From assembly GCA_964588335.1 (NCBI GenBank), contig CAZPOV010000011.1:6784-70783 (forward strand): DNA of 64,000 nt, read 5' to 3'. The stretch comes from an uncultured Pseudobdellovibrionaceae bacterium. Lineage in GTDB: Bacteria; Bdellovibrionota; Bdellovibrionia; Bdellovibrionales; JAGQZY01. The translations under genes and the position numbers were made by a program. The notes under the pieces are model-generated. The model was not told the origin of the DNA, ran no database searches, and saw only the letters and a list, made by a program, of their open reading frames with translations. Shown here piece by piece: positions 46,806-56,200 of this stretch; the stretch's first letter is position 1; each line of letters begins with the position of its first letter.

Positions 46806-48995
46806 GTGATGAAAATAAAAAGATTGGAAGCAAGAAAGAAAAACAGAGAAATTACTCTGTCCATCGTTCTTGCTATCGTTTTCTGTATTCTGGCCTGGTT
46901 TGAAATCAAAATCTTTAGTTTTGGTGAGCAACTTCCACTGAACCAGTCGATTTTCTTTTTTGGGCTCATCAATTTTAACCTCATACTTCTTTTACTTCTG
47001 TCCTTTTTTATTCTGCGAAACCTGTTTAAGGCTTTCGTTGATAATCGAAAGGGCTGGATAGGTAACTCTCTTAAGTCTCGCCTGATTGCCACGTTTTTAG
47101 TCTTCAGTCTGGTGCCGACAGCGCTGATGTTCGTGATTTCTTTATTTTATATCAATTCCAGCTTTGATCGATGGTTCAGTGACAAAATGCAAAGTGTTTT
47201 GAAGAGTGCGGTGGTGATTCAGGATGAGTACTACTCCACAGCCAAAAAGAAGAATTTCAATGCCGCATTTATTCTGGCCGAGCGGCTGCGTGAAGCCGGT
47301 GCAAGCGAAGAAAAGAAAAAAGTGCTGGTCGACTTCAGAAAAGAGCAAAGCTTGGATGTTGTTGAGTATTATCCGGATCTTGAAAGTGAGCGTTTAATTT
47401 CAATTGTTGATGACGCCACGGTTCCGATCATTCCCCCTCCTTCCATGGATCTTCTAAAGCGGGTGATCAGTGACGGATTAGAAAAAAGCGCCATCAACAC
47501 CTTGAATCAGGGTAATCTGGTGCGGGTCATGGTGCCCATGGGCGATGACCGAGGGCTGGTGGCCATATCAACGTTTATACCAGTTTCTGTAATCTCGAAA
47601 ATGAACGACGTGTCTTTAGCCTATGAGGAAATGAAAGGGGTGAACCCCCTTGAGTATCCATTGAAATCGATTTACGTCATCGTTCTGGTATTAATGACAT
47701 TAATGATATTGTTTTGTTCGGTGTGGTTTGGTGTTTATATTTCCAAACACCTTTCGCATTCTTTAGAAACTTTGGGTCAGGCGACGCAAAAGATTGCCGA
47801 AGGGAATTACCAGAAGGTGGAGCTTGATGCTGGTGAGACCGAAGTCGACACTTTGGCTCAGCATTTTAACGTCATGGTGGATGCTCTAGAACGTTATCGA
47901 AGTGAAACCAGTGAGGCCAATGACAGTTTAAAAGCCACTTTGCAGGAGTTGGACCAGCGCCGACGCTATATGCACGTGGTTTTATCGAACGTGAATACGG
48001 GTGTCATTTCCCTGGACTCAAGTGATCGTATTACAATGATCAACGAAAAGGCTTCAAAACTTCTGCAGATCAACACCAAAGATTATATCAACAAAAATGC
48101 CCAAGAGGTTTTAGACGAAAAGTATTTTCGACTGTATCGCCAGATGGTCAGTAAAATGAAGACCCACAAGCTCAATACTATTGAAAAAGAAATCATCATT
48201 GATCGCAAAAACACCAGCATCCCGTCGATGTTAAAAATTTCAACTCTCTACAACGACAGAGGACAAGACTTAGGAAAGGTTGTCGCGTTTGATGACTTAA
48301 CGGATATTGTTCAAGGGCAACGAGCTGCGGCTTGGAAAGAAGTGGCCCGACGAATCGCTCATGAGGTCAAGAACCCTCTGACTCCAATAAAATTGTCAGC
48401 CCAACGTCTGCAGAAAAAGTTTTCTAAAGATATTGATGATCCGGCCTTCACATCATGCACCAATATGATTATTGAGCAAACCGATTCGTTGAAATATCTG
48501 ATCAATGAGTTTAGCCAATTTGCCCGTCTTCCTGAGACTCATGCGCGTCTGGGAGATCTCAACGAAATGATTGAAAAAGTGATAGCCTTCTACGAACATG
48601 CTCACCGAAAAATTCGTTTTGTCGGTACCCTCGATAACCATTTAAAGCCTTGTTATTTTGATCCTGAACAGTTGAAACGGGCGGTCTTCAATTTGGTCGA
48701 GAATGCGGTCAATGCCACCACCGAGGTTACCCAACCGGAAATTCGAATCGAGGTTGAGTCGGATGAGAGTAATAATTTGGTAACAATCAGTGTGATCGAC
48801 AATGGCAAGGTGGTGTCTGATGAGGAGATGCGTCGAATGTTCGAGCCTTATTACTCGAAGCGTCCAGGGGGTTCAGGACTGGGCCTGACCATTGTCAAAA
48901 AGATCGTTGAAGACCATGGCGGATATGTCAAGTTAGAGAGAAATCAGCCTGTGGGGCTTGTCGCACGTATTGAGCTGCCTTACAGTCGAGGTTAA
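46806..48995 (+). CDS. ntrY: NtrY-like sensor histidine kinase (TM, HAMP, PAS, HisKA, HATPase)
   Basis: H-box ARRIAHEVKNPLTPIKLSAQRL (NtrY-type), N-box NLVENAVNA and G-boxes DNGKVV, GSGLGLTIVKKIVEDHGG. Starts directly after the ribH stop (GTG 46806 or ATG 46809). Confidence 0.7.
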   Translation: MMKIKRLEARKKNREITLSIVLAIVFCILAWFEIKIFSFGEQLPLNQSIFFFGLINFNLILLLLLSFFILRNLFKAFVDNRKGWIGNSLKSRLIATFLVFSLVPTALMFVISLFYINSSFDRWFSDKMQSVLKSAVVIQDEYYSTAKKKNFNAAFILAERLREAGASEEKKKVLVDFRKEQSLDVVEYYPDLESERLISIVDDATVPIIPPPSMDLLKRVISDGLEKSAINTLNQGNLVRVMVPMGDDRGLVAISTFIPVSVISKMNDVSLAYEEMKGVNPLEYPLKSIYVIVLVLMTLMILFCSVWFGVYISKHLSHSLETLGQATQKIAEGNYQKVELDAGETEVDTLAQHFNVMVDALERYRSETSEANDSLKATLQELDQRRRYMHVVLSNVNTGVISLDSSDRITMINEKASKLLQINTKDYINKNAQEVLDEKYFRLYRQMVSKMKTHKLNTIEKEIIIDRKNTSIPSMLKISTLYNDRGQDLGKVVAFDDLTDIVQGQRAAAWKEVARRIAHEVKNPLTPIKLSAQRLQKKFSKDIDDPAFTSCTNMIIEQTDSLKYLINEFSQFARLPETHARLGDLNEMIEKVIAFYEHAHRKIRFVGTLDNHLKPCYFDPEQLKRAVFNLVENAVNATTEVTQPEIRIEVESDESNNLVTISVIDNGKVVSDEEMRRMFEPYYSKRPGGSGLGLTIVKKIVEDHGGYVKLERNQPVGLVARIELPYSRG

Positions 48996-49062
48996 AGTGG
49001 GTTATAAAGGACTTTGCAAGGCTGACCCCCTAGTGTAGAACCAAAAAAAACCAGGAGTCATT

Positions 49063-50427
49063 TTGGAATATAAAACAGAAAAGATTTTGGTGATTGATGA
49101 TGAGGCCCCAATTCGTGAAGTTCTTTGCGCGTCACTGGCCGACGAGGGTTTTGTCGTCGACTCGGCAGAAAATGCTGAGGTCGGACTTCAGAAAATCGAT
49201 CGTTTTCAGCCAGATATTGTCCTGTTGGATATTTGGATGCCTGGTGATCGCGATGGCATGGACCTTTTAAGGGAATTGTCTCCTCAACCGAACCGGCCGG
49301 ATGTCATTATGATGTCAGGTCACGGTACCATCGAAACCGCTGTTGAAGCCACCAAATTGGGCGCTTGGGATTTTGTTGAAAAGCCCATATCCATGGATAA
49401 AATCACAATTCTATTAAAAAACCTAATCGATGTTCGCACCATCAGGACCGAGAAAAAATCCTTACTCAATAAACTGCGGCAAAACATGGCGATCATTGGT
49501 AACTCCAATGAGGCAAAGAAGATAAAAGAATTGATTTCTCGAATTGCCCCCACCAACTCCTGGGTTTTGGTAAAAGGCGAGCAGGGTGTGGGCAAGGAAC
49601 TTGTCGCCATGAATATCCACTACCTCAGTCCCCGCGCCGGTCAGTCTTTTGTCGATTTTAAATGCGCTCATAACACCGAAGATTTGATCGAGGGTGAATT
49701 GTTCGGCTATGAACAAGGCGCTGTGATTGGCAACGGCGATGAGCGTAAAGGCTCTTTTGATCATGCTGACAAAGGGACTTTGTTCCTTGATGATGTCGAC
49801 AAACTGCCGATGGCGGTTCAAGCCAAATTGGTCAAATATTTGGAAGATCATAAAATTCAGAGAGTCGGTGGCAGTCGACAATTGGAGTTGGATGTGCGGG
49901 TGATTGCTGCCACCACCCAAGACCTTCAAGATATGGTTGCCAAAGGGCAGTTCCGTGAAGATCTTTATTACCGCCTTCATGTGGTGCCGTTTAATATTCC
50001 ACCGATGCGGGACCGCCGCGAGGATATTGAACCTTTGGTTTGCCATTTTTCCGAAAAATCCTGTCTCAGTGGTGGTTACCCTGAGAAAAAGTTTTCAGCC
50101 AAAGCGATGAAAGAGTTGGTCAAACACGATTGGCCTGGAAACGTCAGAGAAATCAAAAACTTTATCGAGCGCATTTATATCCTCACAGAAGAAGATGTTG
50201 TCGATGTCCACGATCTTACGTTTGCTGGTCTCAATCAAAAAGATGCAGGCTCAGTCTTTTCTGATGCCGGCAGTTTTCGTGAGGCGCGATCAATGTTCGA
50301 AAAAGAATACATCATCAAGAAAATCAACGAGAACAATGGCAACATTTCGAAAACCGCAGAAGCCATTGGTCTTGAGCGCTCCTACTTGCACCGAAAAATT
50401 AAATCTTTTGGAATCGACCTCGAGTAG
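49063..50427 (+). CDS. ntrX: NtrX/NtrC-family response regulator (receiver, AAA+, HTH) with degenerate GAFTGA loop
   Basis: TTG start. Receiver (ILVIDDEAPIRE, LLDIWMPG), Walker [18 protein letters not shown] and HTH NISKTAEAIGLERSYLHRKIK. The loop reads ELFGYEQGAVIGNGDE instead of GAFTGA. Confidence 0.7.
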   Translation: MEYKTEKILVIDDEAPIREVLCASLADEGFVVDSAENAEVGLQKIDRFQPDIVLLDIWMPGDRDGMDLLRELSPQPNRPDVIMMSGHGTIETAVEATKLGAWDFVEKPISMDKITILLKNLIDVRTIRTEKKSLLNKLRQNMAIIGNSNEAKKIKELISRIAPTNSWVLVKGEQGVGKELVAMNIHYLSPRAGQSFVDFKCAHNTEDLIEGELFGYEQGAVIGNGDERKGSFDHADKGTLFLDDVDKLPMAVQAKLVKYLEDHKIQRVGGSRQLELDVRVIAATTQDLQDMVAKGQFREDLYYRLHVVPFNIPPMRDRREDIEPLVCHFSEKSCLSGGYPEKKFSAKAMKELVKHDWPGNVREIKNFIERIYILTEEDVVDVHDLTFAGLNQKDAGSVFSDAGSFREARSMFEKEYIIKKINENNGNISKTAEAIGLERSYLHRKIKSFGIDLE

Positions 50428-50437
50428 AGAGTCGTTC

Positions 50438-51091
50438 CTAGGTTGGAATATTAAGGACGCGACAAGCGAAATCGAGCCGTTCTTCACTTGATTTCATTTC
50501 TAATATTGTCTGCGAGATTTCCGCATCAAAATGCAGCATATTGAACAAATGAAAGCTGTAGTCTTGCATCGACAGACCCTGCCAAGACGGAGCTTCAATC
50601 ATTTTTTGAACTTTCTCACTGTCTTTCTGGTCGGCAAACTTTAATAAGAATCGATCAATGGCTTCGCGCTTTTTTTGGGCTTTCGACTCATCGCTGGTTT
50701 CGTCGGTGTATTCTCGACATCGATAGATTTGGTAGGGGACCTCTTGGATTCGTTCTAGCAATTCATAGCGTCCATCCATCTTAACCTCGATCATCATCCG
50801 GCCATCTTCCGTGGTTTCTTTGAGTTCGCAGAAACCAGCAGAAAAAATAGACTGAGGTTCGTAGGTGTCTTGGTTGCTTTTAAGCTTCTCTTCCAATGTT
50901 GATGGTTTTTCTGCTTCATGAAGAAGGCGGACAATGTGACAAACACCAATCCGGCGTTTTTGCTCTAAGCTGTCCGATATCAGCTTGCGATAGCGAGGTT
51001 CAAAAACATGCAAAGGCACCACCGCTTTAGGAAAAGTCACCACATTGGGGATCGGGAACATGGCAATTTCAATATCTTCGTTTTTGTTCAT
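50438..51091 (-). CDS. LON N-terminal (substrate-binding) domain-only protein
   Basis: MFPIPNVVTFPKAVVPLHVFEPRYRKLI is the LON/PUA-like N-domain signature. No AAA+ or protease part. Confidence 0.7.
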   Translation of the reverse strand: MNKNEDIEIAMFPIPNVVTFPKAVVPLHVFEPRYRKLISDSLEQKRRIGVCHIVRLLHEAEKPSTLEEKLKSNQDTYEPQSIFSAGFCELKETTEDGRMMIEVKMDGRYELLERIQEVPYQIYRCREYTDETSDESKAQKKREAIDRFLLKFADQKDSEKVQKMIEAPSWQGLSMQDYSFHLFNMLHFDAEISQTILEMKSSEERLDFACRVLNIPT

Positions 51092-51174
51092 ATGAATTTG
51101 AACATAGGTGTTTTTTCAATGTTTGGCAACCCCGACTGGGTGGGGGCGATGAAAAACCCATGGGAGTTTCGGCT

Positions 51175-51687
51175 TTAGACGTCGCGGTTCTTTTTTAAAA
51201 TAGATTCATAGACGGCATCAGGAAGGTACTGTCGAATCAGGTCCTGCCATCCATCAGGGCCAATCATACTCTTGACCAATGAAGAGCTGACCTGTGCCAA
51301 GTTGGGAGGTGGCATTAAATAGATGCTATCAATGGAGGGCGCAAGCGCACGGTTGGCTTGGGCCATAGCGTATTCGTAACTGAAATCCGCTTCCGAGCGA
51401 ATGCCTCGAATCAGGCACGACGCGTTTTTAGATTCTGCGAACCGAGCCAGGTACTGATTTTTAATTATTGTCACATCGACTTTACAGGACGACCAGTTTT
51501 CATGATCAATAAGATCTTGAATGTTTTCTTTTCTTTCTTCCGCCGACAGAAAATAGTTTTTGTCAGGATTGACCCCAATAGCAATGGTCAACTCATCAAA
51601 TAAAGTGACGGCGCGCTGGATAACCCAAACATGGCCATTGGTCAGTGGATCAAAACTACCGGCGTAGACCGCTTTTCGAAGTTTCAT
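51175..51687 (-). CDS. coaD: phosphopantetheine adenylyltransferase
   Basis: KAVYAGSFDPLTNGHVWVIQRA (T/HxGH nucleotidyltransferase motif) and VRGIRSEADFSYE. Start at MKLRK, or 9 nt upstream. Confidence 0.85.
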   Translation of the reverse strand: MKLRKAVYAGSFDPLTNGHVWVIQRAVTLFDELTIAIGVNPDKNYFLSAEERKENIQDLIDHENWSSCKVDVTIIKNQYLARFAESKNASCLIRGIRSEADFSYEYAMAQANRALAPSIDSIYLMPPPNLAQVSSSLVKSMIGPDGWQDLIRQYLPDAVYESILKKNRDV

Positions 51688-51974
51688 GCCCACCAATTTA
51701 TACTAAAAATGTAAGGTCTCAAGAAAAATCCCGATTTTGTATGCCATACGACTCTCGACTCCTTGTCGATTAACTTCAGAACCTGAACCGCTATGGGGGA
51801 TTCGATGTCGGGTCCTATAAATATTTCAATCGAACCCACATAGACTTTGCAAAGACGAGGAACTTCAGTCTGTTAGAGGTTTTTATTTGCAATCTCTTTT
51901 CAATCCAGGCACATCTGGGGCGGTAAAAAGGCTGATTCAGATCGGCCTTTAACATTCTTTTTTGGGGGGAGCTT

Positions 51975-52931
51975 ATGAGCCGAATTGTTTTGGCAGTCGT
52001 ACTATTTTTTCAATTGTCTGTATCGATCGCACAAATAAAACTTGAGACCGGGGGTCCAAAGTTCGTCAATGACCGAGTTGTTGTCGAGGTCAACGACGCC
52101 GGTGAGATGGTGACTTTAAGTAAAAAAGAGTACCTCGAAATGACCGGCCGTCAGTACATGAAGCATTTGGTTGGTTTTTTTAACTACAAAATGTCATGGC
52201 AGACGGTGGCGTCGTATATCACCTCAACCATGGAAGCTGAGTTTGACGTTTATATCTTTATAAACGTTGATTATGAAGGTCGTCAGAATATGGCTGATCC
52301 CATACCGGCGCAGTACATGAAAGTCATCGAGCGAACACAGGCTGATCAAAAACTTTTCGTGAGAGAAAAAGGCCAAGTGGTGGGTATTCGTAGCGATGTG
52401 GCTGGAAACAATGGCGAACCAGCCTTTGCGACGACCATAGAGGCTCTGGATGGAACAAAAATAAATGGACATGGAATTATGAGAGACCTTATTCCAGTCT
52501 CCAGTGGTGCCAGCCATAAAGCCGCGGATCCTCAACCCTATGTAGACACTCCCACCGGTATCTATCGAATTAACCATTCGAAATCCGATGTCAAAAGATA
52601 CGGTACGGGGATGTGGCACTCCCTCTACTTTGACCTCATATATCCTTGGGGGAAATGGTCGGGATTGGCGGTTCATGGAACCAGCACCAATAAGTACAGT
52701 TTGCTTGGTAAACATCAAGACTCCCACGGTTGTGTGCGGGTGAAAAAGCCAGTCGCCAACCTCATGTATGAAAACCTGATCAACGATGGTAGCTATTGGG
52801 CTGACGATCTTCCCAACTTAAACAACAAGATGCGCTTGAAATCTGAAAACGGCGAGACAAAGCCTGGAGTTAGAGCTCTAATTATTCTGTTTTATGGATA
52901 CGATAGTTCAATGGAGCAGTGGGACACCTAA
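51975..52931 (+). CDS. L,D-transpeptidase (YkuD) domain protein
   Basis: Signal peptide. Catalytic block LAVHGTSTNKYSLLGKHQDSHGCVRV (H...SHGC(V/I)R). Confidence 0.75.
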   Translation: MSRIVLAVVLFFQLSVSIAQIKLETGGPKFVNDRVVVEVNDAGEMVTLSKKEYLEMTGRQYMKHLVGFFNYKMSWQTVASYITSTMEAEFDVYIFINVDYEGRQNMADPIPAQYMKVIERTQADQKLFVREKGQVVGIRSDVAGNNGEPAFATTIEALDGTKINGHGIMRDLIPVSSGASHKAADPQPYVDTPTGIYRINHSKSDVKRYGTGMWHSLYFDLIYPWGKWSGLAVHGTSTNKYSLLGKHQDSHGCVRVKKPVANLMYENLINDGSYWADDLPNLNNKMRLKSENGETKPGVRALIILFYGYDSSMEQWDT

Positions 52932-53133
52932 CAGTCGCTCGAAACGGTTGGTGGAAATATTTAATTATCTGTAACTGCTGGTTCAGCTGATCATTTTGGG
53001 TAAAATTGTTGCCCAAATTGTATGTATATAAAGCAGAGAATAATCCATGTCGGGGTTGTGAACCTGGTTTTTAAAATAACAGAGGTAGCATTAATAACTC
53101 GATTAAGGAGCTGAAAGGAGAGATTGTAAAAAG

Positions 53134-55968
53134 TTACTTTTCTAGTAATTTTTCAATTTTTTCTAGACGCTGTTTCAGTGCTTCCATTTTTCTATTTTTT
53201 TCCTCACTGTCTCGCTTGAGGCTTGTGATTTCTCTATTTTGATTAATTGTTCGCTGGATTAACCGATGAATTTGTTGGCTTTGCTCATGGTCAGCTGAGC
53301 TAAAATTGATGTAAGCATAACCGTTGGCGAGTAAGTAACCCACAGGTTTATGATCATGGGTCCAAATTTTTCCATTTTTAATGACTACTTGTTTTTCATT
53401 GAATGGAACTTGCCCAACGAGACCGACGAGAACTGTGTTCGATTGCTTTGCGAGCTCTGAGTTACCGATCACCCCTGGGGAGGTTGAAACCACTCCTAAC
53501 AGGTGATCGTTCTCTCTATAAGCTCGCACGTTGCCTGTGATTGGGTTAAGGCCTACAAGGTCTCCTGGTTTTACCTCTTCTTCTGCAGTGAAATACTCGG
53601 CGTAATCAGCTCCTGTATTTAAAGTCGTTTCAGCTGAGATTTCACCACCCGCTGGAATCGCTCCGCATGTCCCGTCGCTTGTTACACATAATCCACCACC
53701 GGCACCAGAGCCATCGACATGAAGTTTTGCGGCTGGGCCAGTTGTGCCTATCCCAACATTTCCTGAAAAGTAGTTGTCGTCGGTAGAACCAGCTTGGTAA
53801 ATTCCGTAGGTTGTCGTGCCTGGAAGGTCATCAATATAAAGTCCGTAGGCATTGGTTAGCGTCGCCGAATTTGAAGCCATGGCACGAAATCCGTAGTAAT
53901 TTTGTACTGTACCGCCATCGACTTTTAAGTTGGACAGGGATCCCGTCATGTCGGTGGTGCTACCAGATTTACTTTCCAGTTCGTTGAGGGTTCCCATTCC
54001 TGAATTCAGACTTGACGCCCATGAGGAAATAATATTGTAGGTGGCGACTTGTTGATCTTGACTGTTGGAGGAATCGCCACGAATTTGATTGCGAATACCT
54101 ATAATTTTTCCGAAGTGCGCGTTTCCGTTCTTGTAAATTTCATTGTTGATGTGAGTAAAATCTCCGGAAGCATCCCATGGATTGGTTTCAATTCTAAAAT
54201 TTTTCTTTCCGCTAAACATAGATCCGAGAGTTCCCATTATAAACTCACCATCACTGGATATTTTGGCGACGGTTGAACCATTGGCCTCGAGGTCAAGATC
54301 GTAAGCATCATTGGTCCCAATGGTAATGTCGGCACCCGTCGTATTACCTCCATTGGAAATATCACCACTGCCTCCGCCGACTCCAGCCGACAGATCCAAG
54401 CAGTTGGCGTTGTTTTCATCACAAATCGCAGCCGCATTGATTGTTCCGGTGTTGACGTCCAATGCGACGCTTGGAGAGGTGGTTCCAATTCCTACGTTGC
54501 CTGCGAAATAGTTGGTGTCGTCAGCACCTGTTTGATAAACTCCCCATTGGTTTCCACCAAGGATGTTTCCTAAAAAAAGCCCATATGAGTCGGTAGTGTT
54601 AGTATTATAGACATCGGATTTAAGACCATAAGCTTTGTTAACGCTACCAGTTCCAGTGACTAATGAGGCCACTCCTGTTGCTTCATAAGTTGACATCCCA
54701 GTGCTTGAATAAGTCTGTGCGTTGACTGCTATTTGACCAGCAACGATCCCGGCAGAAAGACGGTTAGAAAATTGTGCTGTAATTAGGTAGTCCTGAAAAT
54801 CGATACCGATGTTGCTGACATCTGAAGTGAATTCGAAAACTCTCGTTTCGTCGGGAGCTGTGCCTGCAGTATCAAATGCATGAAAAAAGTTATTGTACGT
54901 AAAATCGAACCCCGGAGGGCTTGTCGCTGTGACCACATCAATATTATTCGACTTGATTCGACCTGTAACATCAAGATCTGAGGTTGGATTCGCACTGCCA
55001 ATTCCTATGTTGCCCGAACTGTCGATTCTTAAGCGTTCTACTCCTGCGGTTGAAGCGGCAATGGTATCACCAAGTGGCGACCAGAAACCCGTGTTAAGGT
55101 CAGAGCTAAAGGTTAAACCGGGATTGGCAGCATCTCCCAATCCAAGGTGGCGAATATTATTTCCGTTCATGTGGATAAAAGTTGTCGCCGAATGGTTCCC
55201 TAAATTATCGCCTGCAACGCCAGCTGAAAGGTCTATACAATTGGTATTGTTCTCGTCACAAATACTGGCCGCATTAATTGCGCCAGTATTCACATCCAAT
55301 TCGACAGCCGGAGCCGTCGTTCCTATACCCACAAAGCCACTCGCTCCAACAATTGAAAGCGACTCGACCAGCGTGCTTGATTGTCGGGTGAAAAAGTGGA
55401 GATCACCAGAAGCATCATTGGGCCCTCGAGTTGAGGCCAAGCGGGCGGAATCAATAGCTCCACTTTGGAATAAGATTCCCGACCCACGATCATCACCAGA
55501 ACTGGTGTTTGTAAGCTTCAAGGAGTCAGAAATTCCCACCAAATTTCTTAAAATTTCAACTTTTTCAGTCGGCGATGCCGTTCCGATACCGACGTTTCCG
55601 GCGGTATCGATCGTCACTCGAGTTGAGCCTCCCGTTTCGAATTGTAAGACATTGGCGTCATTGGTACCGATAATCATGGGTGCGGCAAAGCTATTCCCGT
55701 TGTTCACCACTCCTGAAACGGAAGATGTGACGAAATCGAGCCAGGTCGACCCATTACAGAATCCAACAAGGTTGGTGCCATCCGCATCATAGCGAATCGC
55801 TCCGGCAGTCGAGGCGTCACAGATTGAAGTCGAATCGCCAACACGAAGCGCACCACCACCAGAAAAGTCAGTGTCGACTTGAGCGTAAACGGGATAAGTA
55901 AAAAACAAAGAAACAAAGAGGAATAGTAAAGATCGAGCCCTAGGATTTTCAAAGGAAATACAATCCAT
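53134..55968 (-). CDS. giant secreted tail-fibre-like repeat protein, paralogue 1 (non-S74 C-terminal module plus heptad tail)
   Basis: Signal peptide ...LLFLFVSLFFTYPVYA|QV. Five (S/T)GNVGIGTxxPxxxLxV punctuations. G/T/N/S-rich body. The ATG at 55968 is preferred over the tracked GTG at 56010. Confidence 0.7.
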   Translation of the reverse strand: MDCISFENPRARSLLFLFVSLFFTYPVYAQVDTDFSGGGALRVGDSTSICDASTAGAIRYDADGTNLVGFCNGSTWLDFVTSSVSGVVNNGNSFAAPMIIGTNDANVLQFETGGSTRVTIDTAGNVGIGTASPTEKVEILRNLVGISDSLKLTNTSSGDDRGSGILFQSGAIDSARLASTRGPNDASGDLHFFTRQSSTLVESLSIVGASGFVGIGTTAPAVELDVNTGAINAASICDENNTNCIDLSAGVAGDNLGNHSATTFIHMNGNNIRHLGLGDAANPGLTFSSDLNTGFWSPLGDTIAASTAGVERLRIDSSGNIGIGSANPTSDLDVTGRIKSNNIDVVTATSPPGFDFTYNNFFHAFDTAGTAPDETRVFEFTSDVSNIGIDFQDYLITAQFSNRLSAGIVAGQIAVNAQTYSSTGMSTYEATGVASLVTGTGSVNKAYGLKSDVYNTNTTDSYGLFLGNILGGNQWGVYQTGADDTNYFAGNVGIGTTSPSVALDVNTGTINAAAICDENNANCLDLSAGVGGGSGDISNGGNTTGADITIGTNDAYDLDLEANGSTVAKISSDGEFIMGTLGSMFSGKKNFRIETNPWDASGDFTHINNEIYKNGNAHFGKIIGIRNQIRGDSSNSQDQQVATYNIISSWASSLNSGMGTLNELESKSGSTTDMTGSLSNLKVDGGTVQNYYGFRAMASNSATLTNAYGLYIDDLPGTTTYGIYQAGSTDDNYFSGNVGIGTTGPAAKLHVDGSGAGGGLCVTSDGTCGAIPAGGEISAETTLNTGADYAEYFTAEEEVKPGDLVGLNPITGNVRAYRENDHLLGVVSTSPGVIGNSELAKQSNTVLVGLVGQVPFNEKQVVIKNGKIWTHDHKPVGYLLANGYAYINFSSADHEQSQQIHRLIQRTINQNREITSLKRDSEEKNRKMEALKQRLEKIEKLLEK

Positions 55969-56170
55969 CAAGAGGTTTAAAAATTTTTTATAATCGCTCA
56001 ACGTTTCCACACATAACTATCGGATAGGCCTGAAAATTTCTTGATTTAAAGTCTAAAAAAGAGACGTTTATTTTTATAATTTTAACGTCATAAAAAAAGT
56101 ACAGAGTGTATGTCTCGAAGTAAGACTGAACGCTGAGATACTTAAATAACAGTGGGGGATTTGTGGTTCT

Positions 56171-56195
56171 AAACTGCCTCAAAAAGAAGCGGCAG
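56171..56195 (-). terminator. weak hairpin after fibre paralogue 2
   Basis: Minus strand CTGCC-N12-GGCAG followed by TTT, directly after the stop codon. Short stem. Confidence 0.3.
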
Positions 56196-56200
56196 AGATT

